From positions 37,512,001 through 37,576,000 of the forward strand of contig NC_087447.1 in assembly GCF_036321535.1 (NCBI RefSeq): DNA of 64,000 nt, written 5' to 3'. This stretch comes from Camelus dromedarius. Its lineage: Eukaryota. Below are positions 1 to 13,690 of this stretch, piece by piece. Below the pieces are notes generated by a model. It was given only the letters and a program-made list of their open reading frames with translations, was not told where the DNA came from and did no database searches. The position numbers and the translations under genes were made by a program. The stretch's first letter is position 1; each line of letters begins with the position of its first letter.

Positions 1-1019
1 ACCTCATTTTGTATGTGTAAATTTATCAAGGCTGGTGATATATGAGTTTTATGTCATAAGCAAATCACAGATCTGATCTGGGGTTTAAATTTGACCACTA
101 ATCCTTTTACATAACATATTTTCCATTCATAAGTACTTTGTTTTGATTAATCTTTCAGTTGGCTACAGCACTGGTCTTTAGAGTAGGTTATGTGTACTCT
201 GGGGAATATCAAGACTTTTCAAGGGCTATTTGGATATAGGCAGTTTGAATATGACAATTTTCCAGAACTTCAAGTTCCACATACACCTTTTTTTCTAATT
301 CATCTGCCTGAGAATTCTCCTCTCACCTCAGACATGTTCTCCTTCCCATCTCCCTTTAACACTCACCATTGGCCATACTTCTCACATGTCTAGCATCTTC
401 CTGAGGTGAACTGATCCATAATATGAACTTCCTGGGCAAGAAACATATGGAAAATTTGAAATAGTTGGTATCAGGAAAGCACATTTAAGCAAGAAACCAT
501 AAACTCTCTGTCTTCTATCCATCTTACTAAGATATTTTCCCAATAAAACTACTTTTTGTGTTTATTATTTTTTCAAATGTTTTAATATATTTATGCTTTT
601 GGATCATGTGCACACTAGTAATTATTATAATGATAAGTGTTAATTCAGAACAAATCTTTTAACTCTTAGAGCCAGATATTGCCAGGGTATATAATTTTAG
701 AAATTCATATTTATGTCCATTTCGTTGGCTGCAGTGAAGTATAATAGGAAAGTTTTATATATAGCTCTAATAGTTAATAAAAAGTTGTAATAGTCAATAA
801 AAGACTCCTAAGCATAAAAATATATTACATTAAGATATAATTCTGGAAGGACATAAAATAAATATATGAGGGAAAGGAGAAAGAGAAGTAATGCAAAAGT
901 TCTAATGGTCAAAAAAGAGCTTTTTTTATTATTTTATTATAGATCATAGCAGGAAGTATTACCTGTATTCCACTGGATGCATTTTAAAACAGTGAAGTAA
1001 AAAGTTCATTTTTAAAATA

Positions 1020-1580
1020 TTCATATGATCCAGCAATTCCTCTCCTCTGTATTTATCCGAGAGAACTGAAAATATATGTCCATACAAAGACCTATATATG
1101 AAAGTTCATAGCAACTTTATTCATAATCATCAAAACTAGAAACAACCCAAATGCCCTCACCTGGTGAATAGATAAACAAATGGTGGTATATCCATACAAT
1201 GGAATATGACCCAGCAATGAAAAAGAACAACCTTCTGATGTTCACGTAATATGTAATAACATGAATGCCTCCCAAAAGCATTGTGCTGACTGGAAGAAAT
1301 CAGAAGCTAAAGGCCATCTAGTATATGATTTCATTTATGTGTCATTCTGGAAAAGGCAAAAATATAGAGATAGAAATCATATCAGTATTTGACAGGAGCT
1401 GGATGTAAAGAGAAATTGATTATAAAGTGCACAATGGAACTTTTGTGAGGACAAAATTATTCCTTATCTTGATCAACGTGATGATTACATGATTACATAC
1501 TTTTCTCAAAACCTTTCAGACTACACATCTAAAAAAGGGAATTTTACTGTGTAAGTTATATTCAATAAAGCTGACTTTTT
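1020..1580 (+). mobile_element. Old L1 3' end fragment (L1MB/L1ME-like)
   Basis: Typical L1 ORF2-end/3'UTR motifs: catatgatccagcaattcc, aacaacccaaatgcc, atggaatatgacccagcaatgaaaaagaac; ends ttcaataaagctg. Confidence 0.85.
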
Positions 1581-2059
1581 TTAAAAAGTCAATATTTACT
1601 TTTTATATCATTTGCAACTATTGCAACTTATGCTGAACAATTTTAATCAGTTAAAATATCTGAAAACATTTTAGAGAGTATTCTTTTTAGACAGTAGGCA
1701 AATAAAAAATTGAAAACCATTGGGCTTCATAAAAACTGAATGTCTGACAGTATTTTTCTGCTGCACCTAAGGTGAGTGATCACTTAGCTGGATACAGAAT
1801 TCCTGGTACATACCATGTTGTCTTTCATAATATTAGAGCTATTGCTCCATTGACATCAGAAGTTTAGTTTTGTGGTGGGAAGAATGCGGTCAGGCCAATT
1901 CATTTTAGGGAACTGGGTTTTGTTTGTTTTCTATATAGACACACGAAGAATGTTTTCTTTGTTCTCAAAATTAAAATTTACAATAGGACAAATCTGTTAA
2001 TCACTTTTTAAATTAGTTTTTCCTAGAGTTCTTTTCAATTGGAAAATTGAGAATTATTT

Positions 2060-3185
2060 TTTGTAATTAAAGTATAGTTGACTTATAAGATTACATTAAC
2101 TTCAGGTGTACAAATAGTGATTCAATATTTTATACATTATGAAATGATCACAGTAAGTTTAGTTACCATCTGTCACTATACAATATTATTATAATTTTAT
2201 TGACTAAATTCCCAATATTGTACATTACATCCTTGTGATGTATTTCTTTTGTAACTGGAAGTTTGTACCTCTTAATCCCCTTCTCCTATTTTGTTCATCC
2301 CTCTTCCCTGCCCCTCTGGCAACCACCAGTTTGTTCTCTGTATCTATGAGTATATTTCTGTTTTGTTATGTTTGTTCATTTATTTTGTTTTTTAGATTTC
2401 ACATATGGTATTTTTCTTTCTCTGTTTGACTTATTTCACTTAGCATAAATACCTCTAGGTCCATTTACATTGTCACAAGTGGCAAGATTTCATTCTCTTT
2501 TATGGCTGAGTAATATTCCATTATGTGTGTGTATGTGTGTGGGTGTGTGTATGTATATAAACAACCCACATATTCTTTATCCTTTCATCTGTTGATGGAC
2601 ATTTAGGTTGCTACGATATCTTGGCTATCGTAAATAATGCTTCAATGAATGTAGAAATGCATGTATCTTTTCGATTTGGTGTTTTCATTTTCTTCAGAGA
2701 AATACCCCAAAGTGGAATTGCTGGGTCATATGGTAGTTTTATTTTTAATTTTTTGAGTAAACTCCATACTGCTTTCCATAGTGTCTGCACCAGTTTACAT
2801 TCCCACAAATAGTGCACGAAAGTTCCCTCTTCTCCATATCCTCGTCAACACATTATTCCCTGACTTTTTGGTAATAGCCATTCTAACAGGTGTGAAGTGT
2901 TATCTCATTGTGGTTTTCGTTTGCATTTCCCTAATGATTAGTGATGGTGAGCATCTTTTCATGTGTTTCTTGGCCATCTGTGTGTCTTCTTTGGGAAATG
3001 CTATTCAGGTCCTCTGCTCACTATTTAAATGGACTGTTTGCTTTTATTAATGTAGAGTTATACGAGTTATTTATATATTTTGGATATTAACCCCTTTATT
3101 AGGGGTTAAATATCCTCTCTCATTCAATAGACTACTTTTTTGTTTTGCTGATGGTTTTCTTCCCTGTGTAAATGTTTTTTAATTT
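2060..3185 (-). mobile_element. L1 3' portion (ORF2 C-terminus and 3'UTR), antisense
   Basis: The minus-strand ORF 2611..2817 (WECKLVQTLWKAVW...LPYDPAIPLWGI) matches the L1 ORF2p C-terminal region; the flanking sequence reads as L1 3'UTR. Confidence 0.92.
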
Positions 3186-4809
3186 TCTGTGTTTTATTAC
3201 TGCTTCAGACCCATTTTTCCTGGTTCCTATTATGGAAACTCCAAATATCTGTACACTAGACTTCTATTCTCTGCCCTCCACATCTATCAATTTACAGTGT
3301 ACTGTTTTAATCTCTTTATCCTATTGCTTCACATTTTAGGTGAGATTCTCACATTTGTCCCCTACGTCTCTGATTAAATTTTTGCAATGCTTATTTTGTT
3401 CTTTAAAACTTCTCATATAATTTGGGTTTTGCCATGGTATTTTCAGCATTCATTCTTTATCTTATCCACTTCCTTTCCTCTCAGTCAGCTTCATAGTTTC
3501 TGTCTTATCAAATTTTACTAAAAACCCAAAGCAGAAAGAGTTTCTGCTTTTTCTCAGCCCATCCAGAGCTATGCTCTTCTTTTTTATGTTGTAGATCATT
3601 CTGAATAGGTGTTTTCTGCTATTGTTGTTTTCTATATTCTCATTCTTGAATAACAAAAGATTTTTCAAGATCAGATGTTTATCAAAAGAGAGGGTAGCTA
3701 AAGATATTCCCTTTGGATTGTCTCACTGTCCACCTGATGTGCTTAGAATTTTCCTTTTATATTGTAAGATGTAGGCCCGGGTAGATGTAGTTTTGTATGA
3801 ATTGTTCAGAGATGCAGCCGCCTGGGAGACATAGGGTAAGAGCCCAGTCTGAAAGCACTGCCGGTGACAGGAAGTGTCTCTGCACATCCCAGTGTTTGTT
3901 GGGAGGTGCTGCAGGCCCACCAGACCATTCTAGGTTTTTTGGTTTGGACTGATCAATATTTGAAGCACCCGAAACCCTTGGTTTTGAGCCAAAGAAGCCC
4001 TGGCACCCACCCACCTGCCTTCTCTTTGGATCTTTGTGTTGCTTCTTCATATACTGCTGATCTGCCTACCAGAGCAAACATCACTGCAGGTCAGTGCTCC
4101 CCAGCTATAGTGAACATGATCCCCACAGCCACCCACTGCATTCTAAAGTAGGAGACAGCACACGTTTCTTCAGGACTTGCCAGGCCACCATGCCACTTCC
4201 TCAGGAGGGTATGTAAGGGTTAGACCTTGTGCCCTTCTACAATCTGGCCCTCGCTACTTTCCACGCAGCAGAACTTTCCTAAAACTCCTGTAGGTAGTAC
4301 ACTCTCTAGTTTCTAGGTGTAGGTTTTTATTTTATCTCTTTTTTTAACCATTAAAAATAATTTCTAAAACATTTAATTCAAGACTTGGAAATGGAGCATT
4401 TGTGTCTAATTTCAAAACTCTCTCTAACTCAGAAATCTGCTTCTGCTTTTAAACAAGGGAGATTGAAAGGCTGGATAAAAATCAGCGGGGAAAACGGTGA
4501 CCAGATGAGAGCCTGGAAGCTCTGCCCTGATAACTGTGACAAAAATCTGATGTGCCATGTTGAAAAGAGCTACTCAGACCCCCAACAGGGCTGCATTCCC
4601 AGCCACTCCCCAAGTGTAAAGTGCTCTTATCCGACCTCCACTGAACTGACTCCCTGGATTAACTCTTCAGTCCCTCTGAAAAGCACCGACTGACCCCCTC
4701 CACACCCTGAATTTCTGAGGCCAACAGTCTGCTCCCCGGCACCCTCCACACAATTGCTCTCATCACTTCAGTGTGCTTGTCAGCAAACTTGCTTGTGCCA
4801 ATTCCACTC

Positions 4810-5200
4810 TTTTTTTTAATGTTCTTTTAATTGAGATATAGCTGATGTACAATACTCCATGAGTTACAGATGTACAATATAGTGATTCACAATTTTTAAA
4901 GGTTATACTTCATTTGTAGTTACTATAAAATACTGGTTGTATTCCCTGTGTTGTACAATAAATCCTTGTAGCTTGTTTTATACATAATAGTTTGTGCCTT
5001 TTAATCCCCTACCCCAATATTGTCCCCCCTTTTTCTTCTCCCAGTAGTAACCACTAGTTTTTTCTCTGTATCTGTGAATCTGCTCCTTTTTTGTTATGTT
5101 CACTATTTTGTTTTATTTTTTTAGATTGCACATGTAAGTGATATCACACAGTATATGTCTTTCTCTGTCTCTGTCTCTGTCTTAGCATAATACCCTCTGC
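4810..5200 (-). mobile_element. L1 3' end (cetartiodactyl type), antisense
   Basis: T-rich tail followed by ttgagatatagctgatgtacaat...gtaaccactag...tagattgcacatgtaagtgatatcacacagtat. Confidence 0.85.
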
Positions 5201-5689
5201 TCATTTTCAATTGCATACTTAATATTAACTATCACACAATTAAATAAAAATGGGCATTTCAAGGTGAAAACACTGTTAAGCCAGGCTTCACCTCCTCTGT
5301 ATCAATATCCCAACTCTTTTATTCAGAATTAGACCTTCATCTTGTGGTTAATACCTGGAATTTGGGCCTGGAAGTTCTGAAGAACGGACATAAGGGTAAC
5401 ATATAACAAAAACTCTGTTATCAGAATCCAAATTGGTTGTTCAAAAAGCCTATTAAGGTATTGAATAATAAGAAAAATATATATTTACTTCAAGCCTATT
5501 TTAATAGGTATGATTAAAATTAAACCTGGTGAATGATGTCCTTGAGGAAACACTGCTCTTCCCCCAATGGCCATAGTTGGGAACAGAATCCTCAGCAGGA
5601 TAGACCAGGCTTTGATCTTTATCTAAATTTCCAATGTGGTTCTATCCTAACTCTGGAATCCACGCACACAGTTACCCAGTCAAGGTGTC

Positions 5690-5850
5690 CAGTGTTGTAG
5701 AAAGAGAGTAGGATGCGGAATAAGACGGAATTCCAACTCTGAGACTTTGGGGAACTTCTTTGACTTCTATCACATTCCATTTTCTCATCTACAAAATGGA
5801 CATACCTTATCTCACAGGTGTGTTTTGAGTATCAAATGAGATTAAGATAT
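5690..5850 (+). mobile_element. MIR SINE remnant
   Basis: Degenerate MIR core ttttctcatctacaaaatgg...ctcacagg...aaatgagat. Confidence 0.6.
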
Positions 5851-6429
5851 GCATGATGCTCAACCAATTGGTTTAGCCACCCAAGCAATAAATCCTGCAA
5901 TAAATATCCTTGCAAAAAATCCTGGAAGAGTTTTCCTCTCTTCAAGATTGTGGCAACAGTAGATTTAAACCATATGAACACAGAACCCCAAATGCTGAGG
6001 TTCACTGCATAAAGATATCAGCAACCTTGAAAGGTGCTGTATACAAGGAGGCCTAGCAACTGAGTTCAGGTTATGGTCTGGGCCTGTGTTATGTAGTGGT
6101 GTCTGGGCTGATCGTGCTATGGTGAGACTTTGCCCTTCAGATTCTTTCAGGGATAGAGCTAGCAGATTGCATACCACACCAGTTATACAGGTATACAGGG
6201 GTAGGGATTTGGGATGGAACATTCCTCTTCCTCCCTACAGAGCTCTACACAAAGGCAATGTTCCAGAGGGAGAAGAAGGATCATTCTTCTGTCAAGAAAG
6301 GGCATGTGAGTAACTGTGCTGCCTTGATGGAAAATCCAGACCTATTGTCTCTCTTCCCTCTCTCAATAAACACACATAGCATCTTGTCAGTTGTAGAAAC
6401 AAAAATGTCTTTTGCAAATGAATTTCTGG

Positions 6430-6660
6430 GATGGTAGCATGTAGTTGAGAGTTTTAGAGTCAGACACATCTTGGTTTAAATCTGGATTCTGCCACTTGGC
6501 TAGCTGTGTGAGGCTGGGAAAATCAGTCAACCTCTCTGAGCCTCAGTCAAGGGTCAAATAAGGCTAATAATACCAACTTTGCAGGGTGATTGTTTAAATG
6601 AAGTGATTGCATCGCATGTGGCCTACAGTACCTGGCACCCATGGTAAAACTCAACAAGCA
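6430..6660 (+). mobile_element. MIR SINE
   Basis: ctctgccacttggctagctgtgtga...aacctctctgagcctcagt core and gtacctggcac 3' part. Confidence 0.85.
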
Positions 6661-8729
6661 GTAGCAGCAGCAGCAGCAGATGCAGTTATCACCGATGCTG
6701 TGGTTGCTGCTGTCACTGCCTGACTCGGGACCCAGGCACCACCTCCATAGGCGGTGAGGGATGAGGAGGAAACAAGCAGCTCTAAACATGGTATTGTCCC
6801 AAAGTGAGGGCTCATTTGGGCTTTCTCCCTTTTTCCTTCCTTTTAAAAGAGAGGAGTGAATGTTTTTATGGTCTCCACAAGATGGGCATGAAATCTGCAC
6901 CTGATCCCTGGGCCTACCACCCACACCAGGGACACCTGGCAACCTCAGATGCTTTGTCAGCCTCTCACTAGCATTTAGGATTTTGAAATAGAAATGATAG
7001 ATGACTTTATTCTGTATCCTGGCAATCTCAGCCCTTCCAGCAGTTCCAGCAACTTCCAGTCATAACCCTGTGATTTGAGAACAATGAATCTTAATATAAT
7101 TGAGTTAACTGCATCATTTTTAATGTAAGACAATCTTGATTACAGCCAAAGGGCACCATTAATACGCTGAAGGAATGGCCGAGATTTTAGCATGTGAATG
7201 TTGTACAGAAAATAGAACTAATTAGCACTAATTTAATTCCAAGATTAAAGAAAATTCTGCTTTTAATTTTTAATTTAAGACAAACCATTTTACTTCGAAC
7301 AAAGAAAGAATAATAACTACATTTTTTTCCATCTGAAAGGCAATTTTTACTTTTGCATTATTACACTAATATGGGACTGTGGGAATCCTGACCCCGTTAG
7401 AGATCAAATAATCAGCATTTAATTATTGACAGCAAATTAATATTTAATAAAGACACAAGGGTTCCGGTATATGAAAGAAAGGCACCAAGGTTCTGCTGAC
7501 CCAGAAACGTCCAGAAGGTCCCTTAGTCAGAACGTGAGTTCCTTGCTGAGGGTAACAAGTCGGGATCCCCAAAGGGTCGTGGCAACTTATTTCCATCCCA
7601 GCTACCAAGATGAGGAGCAAGAAGACCGGAGTCTGAGCAATTGCCCCTTCTAGTACCTACTCCACCCCCCACCAGTTCCTCCTTAATCAAGCACTTAAGC
7701 TAAATAATACATCGAATGTCATAACCAAAAGGAGGACAGTCATAATAAAAAAATAATAAAAGAAGCGGCCAATCCCTCTTTTTATTCTGCAAAATAATAC
7801 TGACTTTTCTTTGCCGTGGGACTGCTTGTCAGGGATAATTTCTAACCAAAGAAGACATAATGGATTTACAATGCAACTCTGATGCTTTCCCCCAGCCTCA
7901 CAAAGATTCTGAAAATAAGCACTATTACATTAGCAGTCCAAGGAAAGCCAAGAAAAAGCTGTTAGCCCATTTCCTAAGAAAGCCAGAGCGGTGTGCAGAG
8001 CATGGCCTGTGGGTGACCTGGTGTTGGCTCTAAAAACCTATCTGCACTCCCTTCGGATCTCAGCAACAAAAATCAGACCGGGCCATCTCTGGACCTGTTG
8101 AACTAATGGCAGCTGCCCTGGAGTGGAATATCCTTGAACTAGTTTAGGGGACTGAGTATTAGTATCCCCTAGCTCCAGGCCTCAGCCTCTCAAATTATTT
8201 TCCAGGTAGCCACCTCCAGGGCTCACCATTTGTACATATGAGACAGATCCAGCCTAACTCCTTGGAGATGCCAGGTTGGACAGACATACTGGGTCTGTTA
8301 ATACCGACCTCAGGGAATTTCACTGGGCAATTCCATCCAGGCCTCTGGTTGCTCCAAGATACAGCTCTCCTGAGCTCCACACCATGGACCCTGTGCCTAC
8401 AATATCTCCAGTTTGGTGAGCCCTGGGCTTCTCACATTTACTATGTCCAAAACTGGGCTCATCCATACTGATTCACTCCTCTCGTAAACAGAAAATACAA
8501 ATGTTCTCTCTCCCCTCCCATTGCAAAATTTCAACCCCTGTCTGTGAGAACTACTTACGTAGGAAATCATGGACTCTCCACATTTCCTCCCTTCCATTTA
8601 TGGAGGAGAGGGTAGGGGATGTGACTTAGAAGTCCAGATTGTTCCCAGATATATTAGTGGTCATTTCAAGGCTCCCGCATGGAGTTTGTATGTCCTCAAG
8701 CAGGTAAAGTCTCTGTAAAGACCCCTCCT

Positions 8730-8920
8730 TAGGGAGTTAATGGAGTGTTGCGCAGAGTGCGGAGCGCCTGGGTACACATCCCAACTCACTAGCTGGGTGT
8801 CTTGGCCAAGTCATTCAATCTCTAAACAGCACTTGTTTCATCTATGAAATGAGGATACTCATAGGTAGACTAAGTGAATTAATCCACATGACGTGAGGGC
8901 ACATAGCAAGTGCTTGAGTT
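8730..8920 (+). mobile_element. MIR SINE
   Basis: cactagctgggtgtcttggccaagtcattcaatctct...tcatctatgaaatgagg. Confidence 0.7.
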
Positions 8921-11249
8921 CACATATGCAGGCAGCAGAGGACATACATTCTGTAAGAGGATATACATTCTGTTAGATAAATATATTCTGTAACCCAACA
9001 GTAAAAGAAAAGAGGGGCTGATGCTGCTCAGCATAAGTTCTAGGAGTCTGTGTAGAGTATATTTCATCGGCAATGGTTCTCCCTCATTAGATCCAGACCT
9101 CCGCCTTCAGGAAATGATGTCAATCTTTAGGGGATGTTGATCCAAGTCTGAGTCAACAGTAACCTGCGGAATAGTCAAGAAGAGTCCTCCTCTGTACTCC
9201 ACAGTTACATCCCCATGGCTTAAAGGGGGCCAGACTCAGAACTGACAAACTTCATCCTGAATTATCCTACTAAGGTCTCCCTGGGTCTTAACTCTGAACT
9301 AAAGAATACACACAGGGAAACTGTTCAACTAGGATCACTGCATCCCGAGTATCACCTGTTGTGGGGGAAGAGACAAAACCAGTCTTGTTAGTAGGAATAG
9401 GGGTTTACCTAAAAAGGAATGACTATTCACACAGAAGGGGCTTAAGGAACAGGGAATCTTCTCAGCACAGGGCAACCTCAAGGGCAGGGAACAAGGCCAG
9501 ACTGTGTCAATAAAGGGACACTCCATGTAGGACTTACTTCTCCTGAGGTCAGATTTAGATCAGAGGTGAATTGAGCAGGGAAGGGGGACAAATTCATGAT
9601 GCTGAGATAGAAGAATCAACGTGCTTGGTGAATGCTGGGCGAGAGGAGCAGTCACATGATTGTTACCGTTTACAATTTTTCTCATCAGGAGTTTCAATTC
9701 CCTCTATTGCTTCCAACTCTTCAGTAAAATTCGAGATGACCATGCAGCCATGTGTGGGTTTGATGCTGAAAATAAAGGGTTTGTATCAAACATGGAAGTA
9801 TGACCTAGCCCCATTCACCCACGTGAGAGGAGTGTTCCATTTAGGCGAACAAGCTGTGACCAGCACCAAAAGCAGCGGTGGTACCGAGTGGAATAGAGAG
9901 CAGCTGGAGGAACCCTGAAAGGAAAAGTGGCTTTCAGAGGGACAATTCAGAAGTGGACATAAAACACACAATTCTCCCAATATCTGCCAGACAAAGGGAT
10001 CCTTGGGGAGATGAAGGGGAAGCTGATTTGGCACTGCACTCCTCCTGTGTTACACATCTTCATGAATGGGTGCCCATAGTCCACCCAGTCAGCACATCAG
10101 GTAGCTGGGAGTGATCCATGACGCCGCTCTCCCCTGTTCATGTCCACATCTTGTCATTAGCCAAGCACCATTTCTTGACTTTTTCCTCTTTTCTTGATTT
10201 ACCTCTGATCTGAATCAGACCTCATCATCTTTTACTTCAGTTTTATCCACAGCATCTTAATTGGTCACTCCAGTCTTATCCCTAGAGCCCATCTGCCATA
10301 TATTTTTAACAATTAAGGTAGAGTTGAGTGTGTCTGCCCATATCTAGCCCCTCATTCTCCACCCAAGGTCGAATCCTGGCCCTGAGCAGGTGACACTGCA
10401 GTGATTGGGTGGGGCGAATGCTTAGGGAGGAAGCAAACACCTGTGTGTGGAGCTGAGCGCTGTTAGCCCACAAAGAGCTTCCAACATGTGTGCAGAATCA
10501 ATCTACTATGACAGAAAGGGTTGGATGAATTTGAGCAATGAACTAAGTCTCAGTTGCTGCATCTCTAAGAATGGGATAATAATAGTGCCTATTTTGGGCT
10601 TTTATGAGATACTGAACTGGCCCTGGCAGACAGAGGGAACACCACATACCTTTAAGTTTGTGCTGAAACCCAGGAGCCTTAAAACTGATACACTCACTCT
10701 TGTCAAACTTTAAATACCTTGTTCCTTATTTCTACCAATTCCTCATTATAAGCTATACAAGGAGATTTAACAACAAGCAGATAGTTTAGTGAGACACTCT
10801 TTGCCAGGCCTGATTCCTTTGTAGAGACTAAGGAGGGAATTAGTTACACAGAAGCACATGGCAGGTGGGTTAAAGGAGTGTACACATCATGGCTGTTTAG
10901 ACTGGGAGATGAAAGCTGTATGCCTGGTAGAAATTGTCTCCCTCTTAGTGTGTTGACTTTATAAGTTTCGATAAAGCAAGCATGGGAGTTAGAATGAGAA
11001 AGCTATTGGTCTGATATCCTGGGGTGCTTTGATGGATCCAGAAGCTGAGAGTGACCTCTAATAGAGGTACTATCTACAGTAGGCAACTGCAAACAAGATC
11101 ACACAACCTAGGAGAGGCTTTTCAATCAAGACTAAATGAAACTGCATGAAAAATTCTTAGCACATTACTGCTCGATAAGCTATAGCTATTGATATCATTT
11201 TTATTGACCAAGATCTTTCTACTGTTTCTTCATTGCATTGACACAGAGT

Positions 11250-11400
11250 TGAAAGAACCCACAGTTGTGACCTAAGCCAACTCCTTCCTAATAGGGAGAT
11301 GGAAGCCTGAGGAGACCAACTGTTGGCTTGAGGTTGCACAGTGAGAGGAAAGTAGAGCCAAGGTACAAATCCTCATTGCTTAGCCAGTCTGGAGTTTTCA
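11250..11400 (-). mobile_element. MIR SINE remnant
   Basis: gagatggaagcctgagg...gcttgaggttgcacagtgag...agagccaagg, a reverse MIR core. Confidence 0.55.
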
Positions 11401-12089
11401 CTGGGAGCCTCCCCCTTCCCCATACTGGAATCGACAAGAGTCAACTGATGAGATAAATTGAGGCACTGTCGACTTTGAATGCTGATTTGTGCTCTGCCTC
11501 AGCTGGAGTTGGACTCCATACTCTCCGGGGACACCCACGATTCTGAGGGTCTCTGTCTCTGTGGAGCTCCCCTAACATTTCCCCATGGGCTCCAACAGCA
11601 AGGACTAAGGAGAAAATGGTGAACGCATATGGAGGAGTTTCCAAATGGCCACTTCTAAGGGAACAGAATCTTCTGGCTCCAGAGAGCACTGCTAGTGAAC
11701 CAGTCCCTGGACCCCCTAACCACCAATACCTTTTCCCACAAAAACCAGCTCCAGAGCCGAGAGAGGCCTCATACAGCCCTGAGACTGTTCTCTGTCATCG
11801 CACTCTTGCATGAAGTAACAGTTGTATCTGGGACAAGCCCAGGCTTGAAGCAGGTAAATATAGAACTCTGTAGATAGTTAAACCACTTTTGCTTCACCAC
11901 TGCTAAGGGAGCTGCAGGGCTGTCGATAGACAGCGGACTATCACAACTTGGGCTTTGTTTGCTTCTTGCTCTAACCAAGGGGCTCACGTAATGGCTCATA
12001 CAGCCCACTGTATTCTTTCCCATTGTCAGCACCCTGATAAAGTGTCCTGGGTCAGTGTACCCTCAGATCTATTCCTTGCCCTTTTGGAA

Positions 12090-12500
12090 GGCTCTGGTCT
12101 TGTAGCACATGACTACAGACCCCAGCAAGCCATCTTACCAGGTTATCATCTAGCTTCCAGATGGATTCAGCCAATGGGAGGCACTGGAGGGAGATTGGTG
12201 AGGACAACGAAGGAGGGGCCAGGATGTTTCTATGCCTCAGGTGACTTCTCTCAATGCAGCTGCATTTTCTCTTTGGCCCCAGATCACACTGGACAAGCCT
12301 GTCTTAGCTTCAGATTCTATTGGCTGACCCAGAATGCTGCCTTCTCTCTCTCTTTCCCTCCAGGCCCAGAGAAATAGTCCTTCCTGATTTTGTTAATCTC
12401 TGGTTACTGCACTGTCCTGTTTGACTTCTCAGCTCCTCCAAAGTTTCCTGAATTAAAATCCATCCACCATGTAAACACTTGAAATGATTTCTTTTTTCTG
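12090..12500. mobile_element. Ancient ERVL-type LTR remnant (LTR16/LTR33-like)
   Basis: ggattcagccaatgggaggcactggagggagattgg resembles recalled LTR16/LTR33 sequence; boundaries approximate. Confidence 0.5.
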
Positions 12501-12649
12501 ATTAGGCCGTGAATGATATACACAATGCCTGGAACATGGCATATCCACAATATATTTTTATTTGTATTAATTTAAGTATATAGGCTTCTACAACATCCAT
12601 CAGAGTATTTTAATTGCCCCGCCCATCTCCCTAAAAAAAGAGAGACCCA

Positions 12650-12830
12650 TAATGAACATTTGCTTACTCTCTGCTTTATGCCAGGCTCTGTGGTGATTTT
12701 TCTATACATCATATTCTTTACTCTTGTAATGGATAGGTTTAAGACTGAGAAAACAAAGGCCAAGAAAGATTAAAATTATATCACTAGTGAGTCTAAGAGC
12801 AAGGATTTAGACTCCAGACGTGTGGAACTC
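12650..12830 (-). mobile_element. MIR SINE remnant
   Basis: aacatttgcttactctctgctttatgccaggctctgtg...aggatttagactccag. Confidence 0.6.
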
Positions 12831-13099
12831 CCAAGGAAGCCAGCCAGTATCCCTTTTCCTACACCAGAATTCTTAAGGTGTTCTTATTTTTGCTTTGTTT
12901 TTAACCTTGTTGCAGTTGGCAGTCCAAATCACTATGCAAATATAATCTTACTCTGACCCCCATTTTATAAAATTAATAAAAGTTCAGCTTCTCTGATGGC
13001 TCTGGTTGGGGCAAGAATGGACTCTGGAATTTCACCCTGTCATCTCCCCATCACCACCATCACAAGGGCTTCTTGAACCGCTTTGGAAGCACTTGCTCC

Positions 13100-13690
13100 T
13101 GTCCATCAAGCTGACATCTATTTGGCTCCCTTGCATCAGGTCTCTTCCTTTCTCAACTCATCCTATACTCAGCTGCTCAATTAATATTCCTAAATTTCAT
13201 CTCTTAATTGCATTGCTCACTACTCAAAGAAGGCTTCCCTTTGCCTGCCAGATGGAGAACAAATTCCTCTTATTGGTATTAATGATCCAGAACAGGCCAG
13301 ACTTATCACCCTTGTACTCCACCCAATGAAATACTCCTGCATTCCAAGCATGCCCATGTTTTCTGGCTTAACTCTTTTCCACCTGATGCTCCTCCTCCTG
13401 GAACACTTTGCTCTGCGCTCCCACTGGCACCTGTCAGACCACCATCTATCCTTCAAGGGTCATCTATAATTCACCTTCTCCATGAAGTCCCTGCCAACGT
13501 GGTGTAATTTTCCTTTCATTTCAGGTCCTAGATCACTTTTTGTGATATTCTGACTCGTATTGTAGTTATTCATGAGCATGTCATATCCTCGCCTGAGACC
13601 CGAAAATCATCTCTGCGTTCCCCACTGCACATAGCATCATGCCTTGCATATTTCAGGCATTCAGTAAGGGTTTGTTGAATTGAACAGAGT
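13100..13690 (+). mobile_element. L2 LINE 3' end
   Basis: L2 3' motifs (ctatccttcaagggtcatct...ttctccatgaagtccctg) ending cattcagtaagggtttgttgaattgaa. Confidence 0.75.

Noticed and set aside
170..1722. hAT/Charlie-like element split by the L1 at 1020-1580
   Set aside because: The termini (cactggtcttt... and ...gaaaaccattg) are suggestive but too degraded to call without a profile search.
6658..6680. CAG repeat as a polyglutamine exon
   Set aside because: Only about 5 pure units at the tail of a MIR, with no exon context.
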